Assembly: GCA_963815095.1 (NCBI GenBank)
Contig: CAWFFH010000001.1
Coordinates: 96,001-160,000, forward strand
Reading direction: 5' to 3'
Source: Candidatus Bathyarchaeota archaeon
GTDB taxonomy: Archaea; Thermoproteota; Bathyarchaeia; Bathyarchaeales; Bathycorpusculaceae
Length of the DNA: 64,000 nt
Position numbers and translations under genes: made by a program. Positions 59,587 to 64,000 of this stretch are shown in pieces; position 1 is the first letter of the stretch; every line of letters begins with the position of its first letter. The notes beneath the pieces were generated by a model that searched no databases, was not told the DNA's origin, and worked only from the letters and a program-made list of their open reading frames with translations.

Positions 59587-61077
59587 TCAGCGTGAGCTTA
59601 TGAGTTTTTTCCCAATTTTCAACACTTCTTTTACCATAATCTCAAAGTCTTCCCGGCGACTCCGATGATTGGTGTTAGCCACACGAAGAACATATCTGCC
59701 ATTGATTACTGTCCCGGTTAAAACGGCAATGCCACTTTCCTGTAACTCAATGGCAATCTGCTTGTTAACTTCATCAAGCACAAAGTCATCTACCTCAGTT
59801 GAGACAAAACGGAAGCAGACAATATTAAGGCTAATCGGTGCTGAAAGCACCAGATCAGACGAAGCTTCGATTAGTTCGCCCAAATAAAAAGCTTGATCGA
59901 TGTTCTGCTGAATTATCCTAGCGTATTTCTTTGAGCCATGCTCTTTAATCGACATCCACGCCTTAAGCGCGCGAAATCCTCGTGAAAGCTCATAGCTGTA
60001 ATCGCTAAACCAAGGTAAATCGCCTCCAGCAACACCGCGTTCTCCTTTCCCGTGAGCAAGGTAATCAGGCGTTAAAGAGAAAGCCTTACGATGATACTTT
60101 TCTTGCTGCACTAGAACACATCCTATTTCGTAGGGCATATACATCCACTTATGCAGATCCAAAGCCAATGAGTCAGCTAACTCGATTCCCATTACCAATT
60201 TTTTTGCTTTAGGCGACAGGCGAGCCCATGCACCGAACGCTCCGTCAACATGGAACCAAAGTTTTTCTCTTCTGCATAAGGTAGCTAAGGAATATAGGTC
60301 ATCAACGCTTCCGGTGTTTGTTGTGCCTGCAGCTCCAACTACGCAGAAAGGCGCGAAGCCCTCTTTGCGGTCTTGTATGATGGCTAAATTGAGCTTTGCA
60401 ATGTCAATTTGGAAATGATCGTTAACCGGCAATAATCGCAGGGCTTCATTTCCAAGTCCAAGAAGTTCAACCGCTTTCTGAATTGAACTGTGGGCTTCTT
60501 CGCTGGCGTAAAGGACCATCTTTTCAGGTGAAAGTTGCAGTCCTTTACTGCGTAGATCAAAGCTTGCTTTCATGTTGCGTGCGACTGCTAAACCGATCAG
60601 GTTAGAGGCTGAGCAACCGCTGGTTAATATTCCGCTTGCTGAAGCTGGGAATTCTAGCATTTCCTTAATCCAGTCGAGGACCTGTTTTTCAACGTGGTTA
60701 GCGATATGGTTGCCCCCTCCATTGTTTGTGTTCATAGAGGCTGCCAACAGTTCGGCAAAGGCACCTGTTACAGTTCCCGTTCCCAGTATCCAACCCCAGA
60801 AGCGTGGGTGGATATTTCCCATTGGATACGGCAACACTTTTTCCACAAATTCCCGGTAGACTTCTTCAGGTTGTTCAGGATTGAGCGGCACGGGTGCGGT
60901 AAACTGGGATTTGACTTGATCGGGAATATTTTGCCAGACAGGACGCTCTCGAACAGTTTTCAGGTAATCTATCATGTCGTCAATCATCTTGTGACCAAGC
61001 TTTCGAGTAGATTCCCAATCATTAGGATCTAGCGTTTCTTCAGTCGTGTCTTTGTTGGTTTCTCGCGTCACATTCAA
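59587..61077 (-). CDS. Group II PLP-dependent (aromatic) L-amino-acid decarboxylase
   Basis: HPRFWG, AHSSIQKA, GTTNTGSVD, HVDGAFG, DLHKW (PLP Lys), LSRGFRALK. Confidence 0.92.
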   Translation of the reverse strand: MNVTRETNKDTTEETLDPNDWESTRKLGHKMIDDMIDYLKTVRERPVWQNIPDQVKSQFTAPVPLNPEQPEEVYREFVEKVLPYPMGNIHPRFWGWILGTGTVTGAFAELLAASMNTNNGGGNHIANHVEKQVLDWIKEMLEFPASASGILTSGCSASNLIGLAVARNMKASFDLRSKGLQLSPEKMVLYASEEAHSSIQKAVELLGLGNEALRLLPVNDHFQIDIAKLNLAIIQDRKEGFAPFCVVGAAGTTNTGSVDDLYSLATLCRREKLWFHVDGAFGAWARLSPKAKKLVMGIELADSLALDLHKWMYMPYEIGCVLVQQEKYHRKAFSLTPDYLAHGKGERGVAGGDLPWFSDYSYELSRGFRALKAWMSIKEHGSKKYARIIQQNIDQAFYLGELIEASSDLVLSAPISLNIVCFRFVSTEVDDFVLDEVNKQIAIELQESGIAVLTGTVINGRYVLRVANTNHRSRREDFEIMVKEVLKIGKKLISSR

Positions 61078-61442
61078 ATCCTCTGTTTAATCCTATTAAA
61101 TACTGGCTTTATTTGTTACTATAAAATTGTTAAATAATTTCAACCAAAAGTTAACGTTCCAAAACTATTCGCCTCATCTTTTTCTCGGTTTTTTGATTAC
61201 AAATCTGTGTATAATGCGGTACAGGTTGGTACGAATATAAATTCCCAAGGCAATGGGGCTTTTTTTGGGGCTTTTTGTTCTAAAAATGGTGCCGATCCTT
61301 TGTCTGTTATTGTTGGGGTTCGTAAAGAAGGAAGCCATCTGTATGTGGTGCAGGTTGAACGTCGTTTGGCGGAACTGGATAAGGCTTGGGTAAAGGGGTA
61401 TCTAATCATTTGCAGATTATCAGGGGTATACGGGACATCAAA

Positions 61443-61496
61443 TAGTAGAAGAAGGACGGGTGATTTTCTACGGCATGTCCTTCTTCTTCTTTCAAC
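61443..61496. repeat. AGAAG...CTTCT element upstream of the TA promoter
   Basis: TAGTAGAAGAAGGAC ... GTCCTTCTTCTTCTTTCAAC. Confidence 0.7.
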
Positions 61497-61604
61497 AAGC
61501 CCAGAATGCTCACGTGACTAAAGAAGATCACTCGGATTGTTGGAAATACATTAAATAATCTTATGTTACTTTGTGTTATGTGAAGTAATTGGAGGGCTGC
61601 TTTG

Positions 61605-61841
61605 ATGGTGAAAAATGTTATCGATTTAAACGAACGGGACAGCCGAGTAATCAACATAGTTAAGGCAAAGTATGGGCTTAAAGATAAAAGCCAAGCTTTG
61701 AGCGTAATTATCCAGCGTTATGAAGAATGTGAGCTTGAACCCCAGCTTAGACCCGAGTTTGTGAAAGAAATAGAGAACACCGCTAAGAGGGGTAAATTTG
61801 TCAAGGTTAAAAATTTCGCGGAAGAGTACGGACTAAAGTGA
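61605..61841 (+). CDS. Antitoxin, DUF2683-like
   Basis: MVKNVIDL.E...RVINIVKAKYGLKDKSQA...EPQLRPEFV; directly upstream of a RelE-type toxin. Confidence 0.8.
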   Translation: MVKNVIDLNERDSRVINIVKAKYGLKDKSQALSVIIQRYEECELEPQLRPEFVKEIENTAKRGKFVKVKNFAEEYGLK

Positions 61842-61845
61842 TTGC

Positions 61846-62105
61846 TTGTATAGTCTTGAAATCGAGGAAGAGGTTTCTAAAACTTTCCACAAACTGCTCA
61901 AGAAAGATAAGGTGCAGTTAGAGGCTATAATAAAAAAATCATTCAGATCTTATCCGATCCATATCAATTCAAACCCTTAAGATCCCCCTTAGAAGGCCTA
62001 AGCCGTGTCCACATTGGATCCTTTGTGCTCATTTACCGAGTGATAGAAAACCCCGCTACCGTACAAATAATAAAGTATACCCATCACGATGAAGCATACC
62101 TTTAA
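61846..62105 (+). CDS. RelE/ParE-superfamily toxin, one frameshift near 61929
   Basis: Manual translation: MYSLEIEE...KLLKKD...I..DPYQFKPLRSPLEGLSRVHIGSFVLIY...YTHHDEAY. Confidence 0.85.
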
Positions 62106-62163
62106 GACTTCAGCACAACCACCTCTCCCACGCTTCAATTATTTTAAAAAAAGACAAACACTT

Positions 62164-62221
62164 CTCGCCTAACCTAAGTAGAAGTAGACCAGAAAATTTT
62201 TCACTGTTCTTCTACTACCCA
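62164..62221 (+). repeat. AGAAG...CTTCT element, near-identical to 55479-55536
   Basis: 58-bp match with 3 substitutions. Confidence 0.9.
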
Positions 62222-62280
62222 CAAAGACCCCCTCTGGGGTTAGGAAGTTGATCTGGATTTTGTTTCTGTTGAAGAACTAT

Positions 62281-62886
62281 CTATTTTGTGATTTTTTTCT
62301 CTATCTTTTCAAATAGTTCTACAAAAGTCTGTTCCGGCTGAGCACCTACAATTGTATATTCATCATTTATAATAAACGTAGGAACACCGGTGATGTTGCG
62401 TTTTTTTGCTTCAGCACAGTTATTTGCATATGTTTTTTGGAGCAACGGGTCTTCCAACGCATTTTCAATATCCTTTTTTGTCAAGCCAATTTTCTTTGCT
62501 AAATCTATGATGACCTCGTTTTTTCCAATGTCAAGGCAGTCTTCAAAGTAGGCTTTGAATATTTTATCTGTAAATTCTTCATTTTTGCCCCTAATCCGTG
62601 AGTATTCACCAACTATAAGGGATCGTCTTGAATTAGGCAACACCCTAACATCACAAAAGTTCAAACCGTACTCTCTGCCTCTATTTCTCAAATGTTCATA
62701 CATTTCATTTGTTTGAGAAATGTATTTTCTTAAATCGGCGCCGCTGATGGGTGTTTCTGGATGAATTTCAATTCCAACGTGTTCAAGTTCGATATCAAAT
62801 TGATTTTTGAGTTTATCAATAATAGCTTTGCCAAGGTAACAAAAGGGGCAAATGTAATCTGAAAATATTCTAATTTTTATTTTCAT
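62281..62886 (-). CDS. DsbA/FrnE-family thiol oxidoreductase
   Basis: SDYICPFCYLG, ITGVPTFII, GAQP; ATG at 62886. Confidence 0.9.
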   Translation of the reverse strand: MKIKIRIFSDYICPFCYLGKAIIDKLKNQFDIELEHVGIEIHPETPISGADLRKYISQTNEMYEHLRNRGREYGLNFCDVRVLPNSRRSLIVGEYSRIRGKNEEFTDKIFKAYFEDCLDIGKNEVIIDLAKKIGLTKKDIENALEDPLLQKTYANNCAEAKKRNITGVPTFIINDEYTIVGAQPEQTFVELFEKIEKKITK

Positions 62887-63727
62887 TAAATCGCCTATGG
62901 ACTGTCTGGTTTTTTTCTTCTTCTGTTTGCATTGGTGAGGAGTGCGCTTCTGTTGAAAGAGCACCGACGGTTTTAATCAGTTTTAGTCCTCTTTGAGTTA
63001 TAACGTAGTCTCCTTTGGATGCTTCTTGTGCCATCAGATTTGCATCAACAAGTTTCTTTAGATGAAATGCTAAGTGGCCTGCCTTGAGATCTACTATTTT
63101 GGATAATTCTGAGAAGCTTCTTTTTCCTTTGCTGACTGAAAAGAGAATCTTGAGCCTTGATTGGTTTGCCAGTGGTTCTAGCAGTGAATCAACAAGAAAT
63201 TGAGTGTCAATGACTTCAGGGTTATTGGTTTTGTTAATGTCTTCAACTAGAACAATTTCATGGTAGGCTCTTTTTTCACGCTTTAGCTTCTTATCAAAGT
63301 TGGAGAAACAGTTTCCGCATTGCTGACCTTTGGTCTTTTCAACCATTAACTCGTTTTCAGCTATTTTATCATCTAAGTCTGAAAGAGCTTCTTTTGTTCC
63401 AGATTGTTTGATAACTCGTGTGTTTTCTTCTATTGCGTTTTTGTAATGATCAAGACATTTGTCTCTGTTTTGGCAATCTTCTTTGAGCAACATTGCAATG
63501 TCTTGATTTAAAGATTGAGACCTCTGACCAGCATAGACCAATAGGTGATTTTGCGAAAGGCTGTCTTCAACCGCACGAAGACGTTCCTTCAAAACAGTTT
63601 CTTCCATCCTGTTCATATCGGCTCTTAAACCTTTAATCTCCATCTTCAACTCAGCGATTGCACCAATTAAGTAAATGGGTGATGAGTCTTTGCCTTTGTT
63701 AGCCAATATATTGTACTTCCCTTTCAT
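62870..63727 (-). CDS. ArsR-type wHTH regulator with long N-terminal Cys-containing coiled coil
   Basis: EPLANQSRLKIL...SFSELS...GHLAFHLKKL...YVITQRG; CxxxxxC and CxxC in the N-terminus. Confidence 0.8.
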   Translation of the reverse strand: MKGKYNILANKGKDSSPIYLIGAIAELKMEIKGLRADMNRMEETVLKERLRAVEDSLSQNHLLVYAGQRSQSLNQDIAMLLKEDCQNRDKCLDHYKNAIEENTRVIKQSGTKEALSDLDDKIAENELMVEKTKGQQCGNCFSNFDKKLKREKRAYHEIVLVEDINKTNNPEVIDTQFLVDSLLEPLANQSRLKILFSVSKGKRSFSELSKIVDLKAGHLAFHLKKLVDANLMAQEASKGDYVITQRGLKLIKTVGALSTEAHSSPMQTEEEKNQTVHRRFNENKN

Positions 63728-63803
63728 TTGCTGAGTATATTTTACTTCCCTAAAAGTATATTAGAGTTTTGTAGTTATGCTTACATTATTGGATGTGTGA
63801 ATT

Positions 63804-64000
63804 TTGGTAAGTATACCTCAAGAAGTAATAGATGTTTTAAATGCAAGTGATTCAGCGAAAATGATAGCAACTATCGACGATAAAGGCATTCCAAACGTAG
63901 TTCCATTATGGTTTGTAGTAGTAGACTCCGAAACTATTGCGTTCGCAGAAGTTTTCATCAAGAGAACAAAAGAAAACCTTGAAAAGAACAAGCAAGTTGC
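63804..64000 (+). CDS. Pyridoxamine 5'-phosphate oxidase-like protein, partial at window end
   Basis: Manual translation: MIATIDDKGIPNVVP...FIKRTKENLEKNKQV. Confidence 0.75.
   Translation, partial: MVSIPQEVIDVLNASDSAKMIATIDDKGIPNVVPLWFVVVDSETIAFAEVFIKRTKENLEKNKQV

Noticed and set aside
61207-61521. 104-aa ORF upstream of the TA pair
   Set aside because: No recognisable family, and it runs through the hairpin element; probably a fragment or spurious.
33644-62221. Hairpin arms ending CTTTCAAC/CTTTCAAT resemble archaeal CRISPR repeat ends (ATTGAAAG)
   Set aside because: The copies are kilobases apart, with no regular repeat-spacer periodicity and no cas operon.
62167-62245. Canonical integron attC site (GCCTAAC ... 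GTTAGGA)
   Set aside because: The R' candidate is too far from the inner arm and imperfect, and the twin copy at 55482 has no matching GTTRRRY. Kept only as an analogy.

Overview
Archaeal chromosomal window, most consistent with Bathyarchaeia. This is inferred from the aIF-2beta, aIF-1A/RIO1/KH, DUF373 and DUF424 gene set and from PQQ-propeller and 'GVKKGDWIEY' surface proteins. Bases 1-27.7 kb are mostly housekeeping and stress genes (ychF, uppS, pyrH, aIF-1A-RIO1-KH, msrA, Cu ATPase, multicopper oxidase, MinD/HTH cluster). Several carry single-base frameshifts, even in essential genes, which points to an indel-prone assembly. After tRNA-Gly(GCC) at 27773-27849 the window becomes a patchwork accessory region: Bacteroidota-like ClpB, a 7TM+wHTH module, a solo Cas4/Exo5-like nuclease, an HNH/Zn-finger remnant, GH13, an amino-acid decarboxylase and a RelE-type TA pair. 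The strongest unexplained signals are: (i) dispersed AGAAG...CTTCT hairpin elements at gene boundaries of the accessory region, two of them near-identical, suggesting a REP- or cassette-like system; (ii) a candidate box C/D sRNA whose guide matches the tRNA-Leu(CAA) anticodon loop; (iii) paired standalone 7TM proteins coupled to a wHTH gene; (iv) a duplicated TA promoter in front of an HNH-like gene; (v) a shared 16-bp promoter motif. No integrase, transposase or CRISPR array was seen.
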